From Phoronis australis (taxonomy: Eukaryota > Animalia > Phoronida), in assembly GCA_002633005.1 (NCBI GenBank), contig NMRA01000100.1, forward strand, positions 471,428 to 535,427: a stretch of DNA of 64,000 bases, written 5' to 3'. Both the position numbers and the translations under genes were made by a program. The stretch's first letter is position 1; every line of letters starts with the position of its first letter. Below are positions 14,301 to 27,230 of this stretch, one piece after another. The notes under the pieces were generated by a model, which saw only the letters and a program-made list of their open reading frames with translations, ran no database searches and was not told the DNA's origin.

Positions 14301-14508
14301 CATGTGATTACCACAACCTGTAAAAATTATTTATTACAATTATAAATTGTATCCTGAGAGATTCCAGGCAAGATGGTCTTCTTTTTGCCTAAATAGCTTT
14401 CATAGGGTCCGATAATAATTTGTTTGATGTACTTGACCAGATTTCATATTGCTGTACACCTATGTACTGGTTGGTTGAATTAATAAATGTTACATTCAAA
14501 AAAATAAA
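11389..14508 (+). mobile_element. 5'-truncated, frameshifted L1/Tx1-clade non-LTR retrotransposon (ORF2 C-terminal part with zf-RVT, 3' UTR, A-rich tail)
   Basis: Peptides FGKITVVKSFSLPKLTHLF, EDGGGNMVHI, PLWYNPKI, TNSYLKKIGVSESSLCSLCEQHEETIIYLHWEC, NLILCLTKVHLYRQRLQK; AATAAA plus A-rich tail; 12-bp direct repeat ATAAAATCTGAC at 11377-11388 and 14509-14520 (TSD). The 3' ~320 bp is tandemly duplicated. Confidence 0.85.
12591..13896. mobile_element. Kolobok-type DNA transposon (non-autonomous as visible; contains N gap)
   Basis: TTAA|AGTCCTTGT ... ACAAGGACT|TTAA: TTAA TSD at 12587-12590 and 13897-13900, 9-bp TIR, AG...CT termini (Kolobok pattern, not the CC...GG of piggyBac). Confidence 0.8.
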
Positions 14509-17264
14509 ATAAAATCTGACACAAAATTAGTGTCATAAAAAACTGCAGTCTTCCTTAAGTAAACTAAATTATTTAACGGTGTTGGAAAAAATAGCGTTCT
14601 GCCGTTATTCGGCTGCTAAATTGTGGATCGATGTTTAGCGACGGCTTTTGGCGCCATGAAATATTACGTCACCTATTGGCCAGTTTCTTTTTTTCGCCGA
14701 TTCTTCAATCAACTGTTGTTCTTTCACGATGTTGCATACACGTCAAAACAAATTATCGCAACTGGTTTCACTTCACTATAAGTTTTTAGAATTTTGAATA
14801 CCGAAAAACCGAATTTCAGAAGTAATTTTGGTGCTGCCAAAAATTTAGGAAGTGGCGCAGGCTTGTGTCACGAGCGTACTGTTTTCAATACGACGACATA
14901 ACTTTACTTTGTTATAAAAGGCAGAGCTTTACGCAAGAAAATGACGTTTGATAGATTGCTTTACACTTAAACGGCTGTAACGGGCAATGTGAGTGTTGTT
15001 TAGCTCTACCTGTTGGTATAGGTTTCAAGGCGAGTTGACGAGTAGAACTACCCCGGCTGTGTGAAATTTCGGGGTCTATGGAAGAAAAACACACAGTGGT
15101 ACCTAGCTGTATTTTGACGACAGTCTTCATACAGCTAGCTGGCTGGCTAGGTACCATTATGTGTTCAGCTCTGTTAGACCCCGAAATTTCACACAGCCCT
15201 TGTAGTTCTGCTGTAACCTGGTCGTGAAACTTTTATCAACATCTAGAGCTAACGACAGGCGCGCAAAATCTGGGTGTCAACTGACACTCACCTTGCCGGT
15301 TGCAACTGTTTATAATAAGTGAAAACCAATATAATTAATGTCATTTCCTTGCACAATTTTACGCCTTTTGTAACAAAGAAAAGTCTGTCGCGCTCGTGAC
15401 AGGAGCACGTGCCATTTCCTGAAAATTTGCTAGGATTAAAATACTAACAACTTGAAACTAAAGGAAACCAGTTCCGATAATTTGTTGTGGCATGTACGTA
15501 ACCACGCAGAAGAGAAGAACAGTTGATTAAAGAATCGGGGAAAAAGAAACTGGCCAATAGCTGACGCAATATTTCATGGCGCCGAAAGCCGATGCAAAAG
15601 AACGCACGACAATTTTAGCAGCAGACTTATGGAACAATGCCAATTTTCCCCGAACACCGATAAATAATTTAGAAAAGTGTCGGTTTTTAATGACACTAAC
15701 TTTGTGCCAGATTTTATTTGATCATGTTTTACCCACATCCGCGCAAAGCTGTATCTGATATACAGTTTTCCACCAAGGCTGGATGTGATGATTGATATTT
15801 AACAGAGAACCAGTTATCCTCAAACGCGTTTTTTGACTTGACTAAAACTTCAAATTGAAAAATGGGTTTTATTTTGTTATAAAACTAAGCAGTGGATAAA
15901 ATTAAAATTATTTAGATCAAAAATGTGCAACGTAGGTGGTTTTTGCTTAAATTTATTAATTTTAAATGTTGACCTCCTTTGAGTGGTGGGGCGATCAAGT
16001 TTCAATCCAAGGCGGTCATGTTCAGTCTCCAGCGGTCCTGTTTTGTGATGAGTCGGTCCGAATGGGAGGACCGGCGGCCACGTTTTGCGTCCGGCGGTCA
16101 TGATGGTTCTCACCCGTGGAACTCTAGCCGTGTATTGCCAACACCCGGATGTGACCTACGTATTCTATTATTATATCTCGCGACTCCGAGACCCGCCGTA
16201 AGAATTTGCACAGGGAATTCGCTTCTGCCTGCGCGACTGACTTTTGATCGAGTGTCGTAGTTACCCAAACAAATTTCATCACTTCATTTTCAGTTTGTCA
16301 TTTTTGTTTATCGAGAGAGACTCATGAAATACGGTTCCGGACAACCAGCGATTTCACGGCAAAAATTAATCAACAAACCCGACAATTCCTCTGGTCATGC
16401 GTATCGATCCCAGTGCACGATAAATCCACTAACTGGAAGCCACCTAAACATCACCTTAGCGTAAGGTTACTTTAACTTGGATTGAACAGTCGTCGCCAGT
16501 TACTTAAAGTGGCCTCAAACTCACCTTATCTCTGAAGTGTTGGAAAAACCAGTCGCGATGTCCGATTACGTATCAAGAATATGCCCATAGTGTTGAATTT
16601 GTCATTGTTTATATGGGTTTTATAAACAATGTTGTCGACTTTTGTTATCACTGTTATTATTATATTTTTCAAAATATGGACATTCGCCGCACATGACGGC
16701 GTTTTCCCGTTCAGTGACTTTACCAGACGTAGAGGGTGGTGAGCGTGTGATAAGATCTAGCTTCTTTGTTAACTGCCAGACACAGTCTTCTGTCTGGTAT
16801 GACAACAGGCAGGCCAATTATCTACCAGAGGCTTTTTATAAACGACGTGTGAACACATTCAAACCCAGAGCCAATTGGTACGTTCTGAAAGAATAGATTG
16901 TCGTACTTTGGTTGAAGTTGGGCGATTTTGGCGATTCAAAAACTAAATATGATCACCATTTGACGAGGGTTTTAGAAATGCTATTGGTTTGGTGAAACCA
17001 AGAGAAAGGAAAACTTTCTTGTTCTCGGGCCCATTAACAGCTACGTTATCCGCGTCATTCTATTTTGAAAGGAAGTGCCTTTTACAGCTATTCAAAAATT
17101 CAGAGGGTAACCATTGGCACGCAATAACTGGAAAATCTTAGCTACGTCACAATCAAAATTTAAATTGGTAAGACAAATTCTCCATGCACGGTGTAACAAG
17201 CAATTGACTAGACCTCTCTTCTATTAGATCGGCACAAAACTGTCAATTTTTTAAGCCCAGTTTT

Positions 17265-17395
17265 TCTGGGCTTATGATAGACAGATGTAACAATGGTTTT
17301 ATCCTCATGTTTAACCAAAACATCTAGAAAAGGTAAACACGAATCGTGCTCAAATTCACTGGTGAAGTTGGTGGACGGGTGAATATTGCTCATGT
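17265..17395 (-). mobile_element. Penelope-like retroelement RT C-terminal fragment
   Basis: NIHPSTNFTSEFEHDSCLPFLDVLVKHEDKTIVTSVYHKP matches the HPxIxFTxE...LPFLDV...TxVYxKP motif of Penelope RTs. Confidence 0.75.
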
Positions 17396-18079
17396 GATTG
17401 CGTGCAGGCCTCGGGATTTTGACGAAATTCCCAAGAGGTTTTACCCACGTCATAAACTTGAGACAAGTGTAGGATTCTCTATTTATGAGACACATGGTTT
17501 TCCATTAACATTTTGCTATTTCTAGACAAACAGTACATTTACAAGGAGAGATGACCAAAATATACCTAATATTCACACGTTTTTACGTATACTCATGAAT
17601 ACTATAATGCAGAAAAATTAATTGCGTATAACAGCCTTTCTAGGAAATATTCCCGTTGACTCCATGTAGTAGTCGTTTACTATTTACTAGAATTGTCTTT
17701 CCTAAGGTGTACATGCGTGTTTGAATGGATATTTTGTTCGTATTTTTGTACTTGTCTATCAACGATATTAAATATATATGTAGGATAAAATAAAAAGAAT
17801 CATGAATTGGCCTTAATTTGTCTAAATTATGCAAATTTATGATGTAACGACATACAAATAATCATTAGCGACAAATACAAGGGTGCCACTATCAATACAA
17901 TCTGCAAGTTGTGCCCAGTAAGGAGGTTATGACCAGAAATAGAATTTTACATAAACCGGCCTTTAGTTGCATAAACTGGGCAAACTTAACATGCAGGAAC
18001 TTGCAACTGGTATCTTTAAAGATCGATTTCTGTTTAGAGGATCAATAATGAAATCGAATTCTGCCTTTTACTCTTTTAA

Positions 18080-18724
18080 AGTCCTTCTCTCACGCGTTGT
18101 TAACCCTTATTACATGGTTAGAAGATGTTATAAGGATCCAAGAAGTACCTATCTCAAAAAAGTGGATTAGTGAAATATGCTGTTTTTAAGATACATTTGA
18201 AAAAAGAAGCCACTCACTCACTGTTTGTCATCATATTATGAATACCAACACGTCCGGGTGTTCGTTTGACGTTCGCAAGCAGACGAACGCTGGAAACTTC
18301 AACGCCAGATGTCGCGGGACCGCGCAGAAGAGGAAATAAGATCGTTCACGACTTTAGGGCACTCACGACTTTAGGACATCTGACGGTAGATGGCGCTGTG
18401 ATGCTCACATATCTCATACACTCTATCACAGTGCTAAACGAAAGTTAGCACTGTAGAATGTTGTTTAATATGGCCTCCCATTGGTTAAAGTAATGAAACT
18501 GACGTCATAACATTCAGCCATTCCCATTGGTTGAAAGTTGGGAAACCCCTTTCAGTTTACAAATTGCGAAGTGTGGCGACCACGGATTTTAGTAGTTGCA
18601 TTTTATTAAAACGGACAGTAGTGGGAGTGAATAAGACCAAGAAAACCTCAATACAGTGGCTTAAGCCGAAACAAATCCGATGTACAAAGGTGTGTGTCAG
18701 TGGTGGCGATGTGGTCAGTATATC
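18080..18724. mobile_element. Left end of a second element of the same Kolobok-like family
   Basis: TTAA|AGTCCTTCTCTCACGCGTTGTTAACCCTTATTACATGG... is nearly identical for ~70 bp to 12591 onward; right TIR not seen (possibly in the gap). Confidence 0.6.
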
Positions 18725-21700
18725 NNNNNNNNNNNNNNNNNNNNNNNNNNNNNNNNNNNNNNNNNNNNNNNNNNNNNNNNNNNNNNNNNNNNNNNNNNNN
18801 NNNNNNNNNNNNNNNNNNNNNNNNNNNNNNNNNNNNNNNNNNNNNNNNNNNNNNNNNNNNNNNNNNNNNNNNNNNNNNNNNNNNNNNNNNNNNNNNNNNN
18901 NNNNNNNNNNNNNNNNNNNNNNNNNNNNNNNNNNNNNNNNNNNNNNNNNNNNNNNNNNNNNNNNNNNNNNNNNNNNNNNNNNNNNNNNNNNNNNNNNNNN
19001 NNNNNNNNNNNNNNNNNNNNNNNNNNNNNNNNNNNNNNNNNNNNNNNNNNNNNNNNNNNNNNNNNNNNNNNNNNNNNNNNNNNNNNNNNNNNNNNNNNNN
19101 NNNNNNNNNNNNNNNNNNNNNNNNNNNNNNNNNNNNNNNNNNNNNNNNNNNNNNNNNNNNNNNNNNNNNNNNNNNNNNNNNNNNNNNNNNNNNNNNNNNN
19201 NNNNNNNNNNNNNNNNNNTCAGACTTGCTAAAATCAAGCCTCACGAACTCTAACACGGCCAACAATTGATCATCAATTTTTTCAATACCGAATCTGAAAG
19301 CCATTTAACAAAATCCACAAAATCAGGGATGACAAGGATAAGAAACATAGACCATCAGATCTGCAAAATTTTAAAATTCAACTTGCCTGAGCAGAAACAA
19401 TTCTTAACAGAAACACTTTATTATTGTTAAATACCTGGCACCAAATTAGCATAGTGATACATTAAGAATTATACCATTAGCAGAAAGACGGTCAAATACC
19501 TGGAAAATTTGCACACTTCAATCAGGATTAAATAATAACAGTTTCATTTTTTAAATAATAACACTAGAGTTTCATTTTTTAAATAATAACAGTTTCTTTA
19601 TGACTACATAATGTACCCTCTGTTAACAACAGCTTCAGATTTAATTATAACAGGCAATAATCATGACAAAATGGCAATTTCTAAAAATGTGCATATTCCT
19701 CAGAGTTAGATGCAATTTTTTTAAGCATGTCAACTGCAGTTATTTGTTCAGCATCTCATCATGGAACCGGAATTTTATCCGAATGCAGTATGATCAAAAC
19801 AGGCATACTTAAGTACACTACAATATATACCACCAGTTTCCACAACAGTTATTTTGATATTTAAACAAACAAAAGTGCATGCTGTAGACAACAATGTTAT
19901 AGGAAAAGCGGATTTCCAATCCCAGTGTGTATGTGTGCAGGCACGGGCACTAAAAAAGGATCACAAGCAGTGAGAGTGCGGCAATGAGACCTCTTCTTGA
20001 GGGTCCACCCACTTTTAATCTATATATATATATTCTCCAGTTTGGGGCAGCCACTTTTTATGCTGGTCGGTTTCAACTTAAAAGTACCAATCTCTGTTAC
20101 ATTTATTTTGGTGTTGTCCATCATATTTATATTAAATTTCGCAATGCATTTTGTGTCAACATAGAATGAAAGTAGAATCAGCTGTTCAACAACATAATGG
20201 TATACCCTTTATTGCCTAATTTCAAAATTTTGTACTGTACAGCCTCTTACACTGAGCAAAAATTATTTAAAAGTTCATTGTCCCAAACTGGAGAATTTTT
20301 ACCATGCAATGAATATTTTTTCATTTCTTATAGGTTTTCAAAGTTTTTGAGCATGCACATTCACCAATAATTAGTCCCCAGAATGCTTGCGCAGTCACAC
20401 ACCAGTGACGGATAAATAGCTAGAGAACATTAAGCATCTCTCAAAGTAGAAAGTCAGAAGAAGCATCTATAAATTAAAGTTCGAAAGGCCACAGCCATTA
20501 CAATATATGCCAGGAGGGTTATTAGCATCCCTCTTGACACTGGAAACAGAAAACTAAGCTGTAGAAGGCACACTCCTACCACCTGGCTAGTACATTCCCT
20601 TACATATAGAGAAAGGTCAACAATATACCGTGAAGCACTTACACACAGTAAAATCATGTTATAACAAAACCTTTAAAGACTTTTGAAAAAAACGTTGTAT
20701 CTGAAGTTAAATTTAACCAAAGTAATTTCCAAGTGGTATAGCTGTCTTAGGACTTACGGAAACGAATGTTATGAGTGAGCAAATGTTAAAAACGGGCTCA
20801 TTCTAACAATGTTTGACTGTAGTAGAATTTTGGCTGGTTACACCTTAAGTAGCAGTGACAATTTAAAAAAAATAAAACAAAAAATAACTTTAAATGTCTC
20901 TCATTCAAGGTAACATTGTATTCATGTATTACCTGCTCATGCATTGGTTCACTGTTTAACAAACATAGACCACAGAGAGAACTTTATCAAAAGAGATACT
21001 ATGTTTATCTGAAATACAAGTCGTTGAAGAAAACTATTCAGATTTGCATCAATTAGTAAAATGCCACAATTTACACTGACTTTAAAATAAAGTTGTTTTA
21101 AGCCAAGATGAACGTGACATACCTTAACCTCCACTAAGCTACTTGACAGGATATACGATATCACTCGCTGTACCAGACAANTTTGTATGGTACAACCTCT
21201 GACACTGAGCTAAAATAATTTAAAAGTTCATTGTCCCAAACTGGAGAATTTTTACCACGCAAAGTTTTTGAGCATGCACATTCACCAATGAATAATTAGT
21301 CCCCAGAATGCTTGCGCAGTCACACACCAGTGACGGATGAATGGCTAGAGAACATTAAGTATCTCTCAAAGTAGAAAGTCAGAAGAAGCATCAATAAATT
21401 AAAGTTCAAAAGGTCACAGTCATTACAGGATATGCCAGGAGGTTTATTAGCATCCCTCTTGACACTGGAAACAGAAAACTAAGCTGTAGAAGGCACACTC
21501 CTACCACCTGACTTGCACATTCCCTTACATATAGAGAAAAGTCAACAATATACCGTGAAGACTTACACACAGTAAAATCATGTTATAACAAAACCTCTAA
21601 ACACTTTTGAAAAAACCTATTGTATCTGAAGTTAAATTTAACCAAAGTAATTTCCAAGTGGCATAGCTATCTTAGGACTTACGGAAAAGAATGTTATGAG

Positions 21701-22099
21701 TGAGTAAACATTAAAAACAGGTTCATTCTAACAAGGTTTGACTGCAGTAGAATTTTGGCTGGTTACACCTTAAGTAGCAGTGACAACTTAAAAAAATAAA
21801 ACAAAAATAACTTTAAATGTCTCTCCTTCAAGGTAGCATTGTATCCATGTATTACCTGCTCATGCATTGGTTCACTGTTTAACAAACATAGACCAAAGAG
21901 AGAACTTTATCAAAAGAGATGCTATGTTTATCTGAAATACAAGGTGCTGAAGAAAACTTTTCAGATTTGCATCAATTAGTGTTTGTTGTTTGAAATTTTC
22001 TACATTTTTTTATTCTGGCTATGGGCATGTATTGTTAACTGTACTAAAATGCCACAATTTACACTGACTTTAAAATAAAGTTGTTTTAAGCCAAGATGA

Positions 22100-22914
22100 A
22101 CGTGACATATCTTAACCTCCACTAAGCTACTTCACAGGACATACGATATCACTCGCTGTACCAGACAAAGAGGCTGACTTCTAGATTGCATGCACAGGGC
22201 ATTATAACAGAAATTCTTGGTATTATGCTATCTACCTTCTTTCCGCTTGACCTATTGTCAGGAGTTAACATAACCCCTACAAAAAGGGAGAACAACACCG
22301 GAAATTTAAGTTTCATCTCATTGACAATGATGGTACAGTCAAACTGGAATAATGTGTCATAAGAGTTTTTGTTCCTTACTTGCAAATGATAAATACATCC
22401 ATGCTTTGAGCCAGTTATGGATTCTGCTATAGTATCATTTTCCTTCATACGTTGTTCTGTAATGGCATATTTCAGTTCTTCATACTTCAAAATACTAGAA
22501 GCTCTTTCAACAACCTTCTTTTCAGACGAAGATGCACTTGTAGATTTCGAGAAGTGTTCAATGCTAAATCACTGCAAATATTCTCATCAGTTGGTGCGCG
22601 TTTCTGTACTTCTTGAACAGCTGATGCTGGCTGGAGCTCAATAAGTTTGCAACGGGTTTCTCTGCGCTGGTCACCTCTAACTTCAGATCTGGCCGAGGGT
22701 AGAGTTGGGCTCTCCACCGCACAACGTTTGGGTCTGCACAACTTCTGAGTTTGTTTAATTTTGATTTGAAATGAGTCACTTTGGTGTGAATCGTTTGTAA
22801 GAGTCTTTCACAATTGATGCAGATAATCCCCTCAAAAATATTGACACCACTATACAATGCTAAATGTTTCAAAAATACAAAAATGTCCCTTGGTGAGTGG
22901 ACAGTTGCAGACAC
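22100..22914 (-). pseudogene. Frameshifted transposase-like ORF remnant (Academ-H / DUF6589-associated type)
   Basis: Overlapping broken ORFs with a CxxC (IICINCERLL), FQFDCTIIVNEMKLKFPVLF and LVQRVISY, recalled as typical N-terminal segments of such transposases; not verifiable here. Confidence 0.4.
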
Positions 22915-23670
22915 AGCAAGATGGACTCTGAGTCTTCACAGGTGTATTAGCCTACTTGACATGCCTTGATCACCTGAAAAGTTTGAACTATATCTTAACA
23001 ACTTATCACAGTCTTCAGCCTCTGACTCACACAAACACTATCTGACCTGATATTACACAAAGTAACAACTGATCACATCAAAAACCTAAAAACACTGGCG
23101 AAGTTGTAGTGAAGGCTTTAAAGGGGAAAGACAGAAGACAATAAAAACAAAAAGGCAAGGCTAATCAGCTTGGCACCACAGGCGCTTACCAGACCCATCT
23201 ATGACGACTTAGAATTGAAAGTTCACAATTTCGAACTTTATATAACTAACGTGAACATAAAACGTCTAAAATCAGTAAATTAGATTCAGGATGAGTCCAA
23301 ATGCACTCCATCAAAATGATNAATTTGTAGTGAAGGCTGTAAAGACAGAAGACAATAAAAACAAAAAGGCAAGGCTAATCAGCTTGGCACCACAGGCTCT
23401 TACCAGACCCAACTATGACGACTTAGAATTGAAAGTTCACAATTTCGAACTTTATACAACTAACGTGAACATAAAACGTCTAAAATCAGTAAATTAGATT
23501 CAGGATGAGTCCAAATGCACTCCATCAAAATGATTTTTATTCCAGTGCAACAGAACACGAAGCAATATACCCAGTACCTTTTCACGCACACAGTGAACCA
23601 TTTTGTTTACATCGGAAGTAAAACCAAAGCATGCGCATTGATGCCCACACACGGAATTCCGTGTGTCGGT

Positions 23671-24374
23671 CGCAGAATGGTGAATGTTGGCCAATTCCCC
23701 TTTTGTCCACTGACGTCACAAGCATACTGGCGCCCCCAGTGGAGGCCCTGAGAACTCGTAAACAAGCATGTTGGCGACTGTGGTTAAAGTATTTTTTATG
23801 ATTTTTCCAGAGTCTCTGTGTTTTAGTGTGTTTTTTAAATAATTTTGCATGTCATACCTCTCAGAAAATCAATATTGTTCCAATAAATTAAGAAAATTGG
23901 AATATTCACTCTAGCGATCCATTTTAAATAATGTTGCATGTCATACCTCTCAGAAAATTAATATTGTTCCAATAAATTAAGAAAATTGGAATATTCACTC
24001 TAGCGATCCTGCAACACGATCCAACTGTTCTTCTGTGTTACACACGCCGGCAAATCCAAAGTTTTATCCCCACGCGAAATAGCCTCGTTTACGCTCGATT
24101 AAAACGGAATCTTTCAATCATAATTAATTGGTACTATACATCATTCATTATTATATACCATGCATTATGTTTCTAGTTAGAAAAAAGCGATAATCAACGT
24201 CCCACAATAAATGCAAGACTGTTCGCCAGCTTGGCTCGGCCGTTGCTAGGCTGGATACTACCGGGTTCATGAACTCGGTTAATTTACGAGTTCTCAGGGC
24301 CTCCACTGGGGGCGCCAGTATGCTTGTGACGTCAGTGGACAAAAGGGGAATTGGCCAACATTCACCATTCTGCG
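23671..24374. repeat. Near-perfect ~92-bp inverted repeat (23671-23762 / 24282-24374) with ~520-bp spacer that holds an ~88-bp tandem duplication
   Basis: CGCAGAATGGTGAATGTTGGCCAATTCCCC...GGCCCTGAGAACTCGTAAA and its reverse complement; identical peptide RRMVNVGQFPFCPLTSQAYWRPQWRP appears in opposite-strand ORFs. Confidence 0.95.
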
Positions 24375-24829
24375 TGAGTGAGTGTGCGTGTGCGGGTCAT
24401 CGACGACAGACTTTTTTGTTACAAAAGGCGGAGGATTATGAAATTTTCCATCGAATAAAAGTGTTTGCGTAAAGATCCGTTTCATGAAGTTTTTAACAAA
24501 AATGAAGCGGAAATAGTGCCTTTAAATAAATATCCACAAAAAAGAATTGATATTTAACTTGGCTTAACTTCAAAAACTTGTTATAAAGTGCATGTTTAAC
24601 CTCTGTGTCTTTGGTCAAGCAGCGTCCTAATTCAGACTGTTGATTTATTTTAGTGGATGGGTCAGAAGACAGTATTGGTGACAAAGTAGAAGCTATGTAC
24701 ACGGATGAGACCTTCATTGAAGAGAACAATTTTTGTAGCCTGAATAATAACATAGTTCGGCTCTTAGCACAGATACCTTACTACTTTTACGGGTATTTCC
24801 AGGTAACATTCAGTGGTCACAATCCGGCA

Positions 24830-27185
24830 AATCACAATCAAGGTCCATATTCGGTGGCCACTTTTGGTGAAAAATGAAGGTTGTCATATAACTGTAAAAG
24901 CTGGGTTATTTTAAAGTACCAGTATTCCAGGTTTGTAATCTAAAATATTTTTGCACAAGAACTACCGAATAAAATTTTATGGCCTAATGCATCACAGTTG
25001 TACAAAAAGGTACGTACACTAAAACTTGTGGTCACAGCCAACTTCTACCATGCAAAAATTCATAAGGTAGCTGTTAATTTAACAAGTTCTTGATCAAATT
25101 GAAGAAGTATCACATACTAAAGTAAGAAAAGTTATCACCGTGCTGATCAAGTTATTCTAGATAATGATGCATTGCATATCTTAACACAGTATTATGAGAA
25201 CTTCCTCTCTTGCAATATGATTCAATACATTCACCAGTTGGTTAAAATAGTTAAAGCAATGGTAGACCCAGTGTTCCACTTGTATACAGTAAAAAATGGT
25301 ACTGGTTGGGGGGTACGTACACTACACACAGTCAATAAACTTCAAATTTTGACTAAGTTACAAATGTATGGAATGGTCTCGAGTTTCGTGCTGCGTCTAC
25401 ATGTTGGTTTGTTGCAAGTTGTCTTGAGAGATAGAGAACCAGCCTCTGCAAAATCAGTTGTCACATGACCTGTCTTCCAGGATTTTGAGTACTAGCAAAG
25501 TCCTGTGTGGCATTTTATTGCCCAAAAATTTGATAATGTCCATTGTTTTTTTTTGTTAGACTGGATTCATTTAGGAAATATCAGTATTGTTCATGAGAAC
25601 AGCAGTATGTAAACATACTTGTGGGCAATACTTTATAGCATAGAGGTTGAAGTACGTACACTACACAGGGGTACGTACACTACATTTCAATGACTTGTCA
25701 GAGATCTAAAAAATTCTTAGAATCTATTGAGAGTTAGTTCATTTACCAAATCTATTCAAAGAGAACAAATAAAAAGTACATCATGCATGTGCATATCTGT
25801 CTGTCATTCTTTGAAAACAGGCACTCGTTAAAATATACTGGTACATACACTACACAAATGCTAATATTTCACTCAAAACAAATGTATTTGTAATTAACAC
25901 CCTTTTAACCTAGCACTTTTAATGGAGGAAACTGTGATAAATGTTGCTTACTTACCATGTAATATTTTTGTTTCATGGCATTTGTTCACATCTGGGTGCT
26001 ACGTACACTACACAGGGGACTACGTACTGTACACTACATTTCAATGACATGTCAGGTTTGTAACTAAATACTAAGAATCTACTGAGTTAGTTGATTTACT
26101 AAATCAATTCAAAGAGAAAAAATAAAAAGCACAGCATTCATGTGCATATCTGCCGTACTTTGAAAATAGGCACAAATTAAAATACAGGGGTACGTGCACT
26201 ACGCAAATGCTAATATTTCACTCAAAACAAATGTAATTGTAATAGACAACCTTTTAACTTAACATATTTGAGGAAGGAAACTGTCTATGACCAGTGTTGC
26301 TCACTTACCAAGTGATATTCTAATTTCATGGCATTTGTAAACATGGGGGTACGTACACTACAAGGGGCGGTACGTACACTACATCACTGTTTCTGCATCA
26401 CATGGTAACATAATGTTGTATGGCCATCCATTTTTCTTTGATAATAATAAGCACCATGTTGTAAAGGCAATAATTTCATTTGCAATGACCATTTGTGTTA
26501 CTGAATTCCACATGGGGGTACGTACACTACATTTTGTTAGCCTTTTTGGCCCATTTTCAACATTAATAGCAGAACCCAGTCAATATCCATACTTTTGGTT
26601 TATTTAGATATTGAATAATTTGCTGTGTTGCCTAGGCTAACATATTTTGCAGTTCGTTCTATGACAGAGTTTGAACTTAAGTTTTTAACCTTCTTTACAG
26701 TAGGTGAGGGTTAGAAACACAGTATTTACAAATATGTAACGAGTGCCTGTTTTATGGTGAACCCTATCATTTCTCAGTGATTAAGCATAACTTCATCTAA
26801 GTTATTCTAAAAGTGACTCAAGTTGTTCCCAGTCATATCTAAGCAATTGCTTACTTGATAAAATAAATTTCTTTTCTACTGTTGACAGTTGAAAATTGTA
26901 ATTTTTAAAATGGCCACTCGTAACGCTAAAAAAGCATATAAATAGGTAAATAAAGCAACAAAAAAGGATCAACTGAAATTTTCGGATGTAAAAAAGGCAT
27001 GAAATTCATAGACAAAAACATTCATAAACTTCTCAAACATTGTCCGATTTTGATGATTCTTTTTTTAATTTGTACAACTAAATAACTCTGCATATGAGAT
27101 TCAGTTGGCATTTGGTAAGTGACCAAAAATAATTATTTTAGACCGTAACACAGTCAACTTATGAATATGGACCTTGATTGTGATT
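24830..27185. mobile_element. 2.36-kb non-autonomous TIR DNA transposon with internal repeated 15-17-bp motif
   Basis: Perfect 23-bp TIR AATCACAATCAAGGTCCATATTC (24830-24852) / GAATATGGACCTTGATTGTGATT (27163-27185); about 11 same-strand copies of GGTACGTACACTACA; internal ~350-bp duplication; no long ORF. Confidence 0.8.
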
Positions 27186-27230
27186 AAGCCGAATGTATTT
27201 TTGCTAGTGCTCTAAAACTCATGTTGCGTG

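Larger units (their letters stand above)
11310..15780. mobile_element. Long palindromic (foldback) non-autonomous element, left arm interrupted by an L1/Tx1 insertion
   Basis: 11342-11388 joined to 14521-~15105 is the approximate reverse complement of ~15150-15750 (e.g. AGCTTTGTGCCGATGCGGGTAAAA / TTTTACCCACATCCGCGCAAAGCT; GGCTGTGTGAAATTTCGGGGTCTA / TAGACCCCGAAATTTCACACAGCC). Confidence 0.8.

Noticed and set aside
16525-16605. Minus-strand exon with GTGAGT donor upstream of the Ig gene
   Set aside because: Both ATGs hit stops before the donor; at best a UTR exon, with no further support.
18531-19304. Long ORFs (183-240 aa) in the ORF track
   Set aside because: Artefacts of translating through the N gap.
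20230-22170. ~950-bp tandem duplication
   Set aside because: The copies meet at a single N (21181) and differ by scattered SNPs and indels; most likely two haplotypes or unmerged contig ends.
23103-23532. ~215-bp tandem duplication
   Set aside because: The junction is a single N (23321); likely the same assembly overlap artefact.
25009-26531. GGTACGTACACTACA repeats with variable spacers as a CRISPR-like array
   Set aside because: The repeat is too short, spacing ranges from under 20 to over 300 bp, spacers are partly duplicated, and the array lies inside a TIR element.
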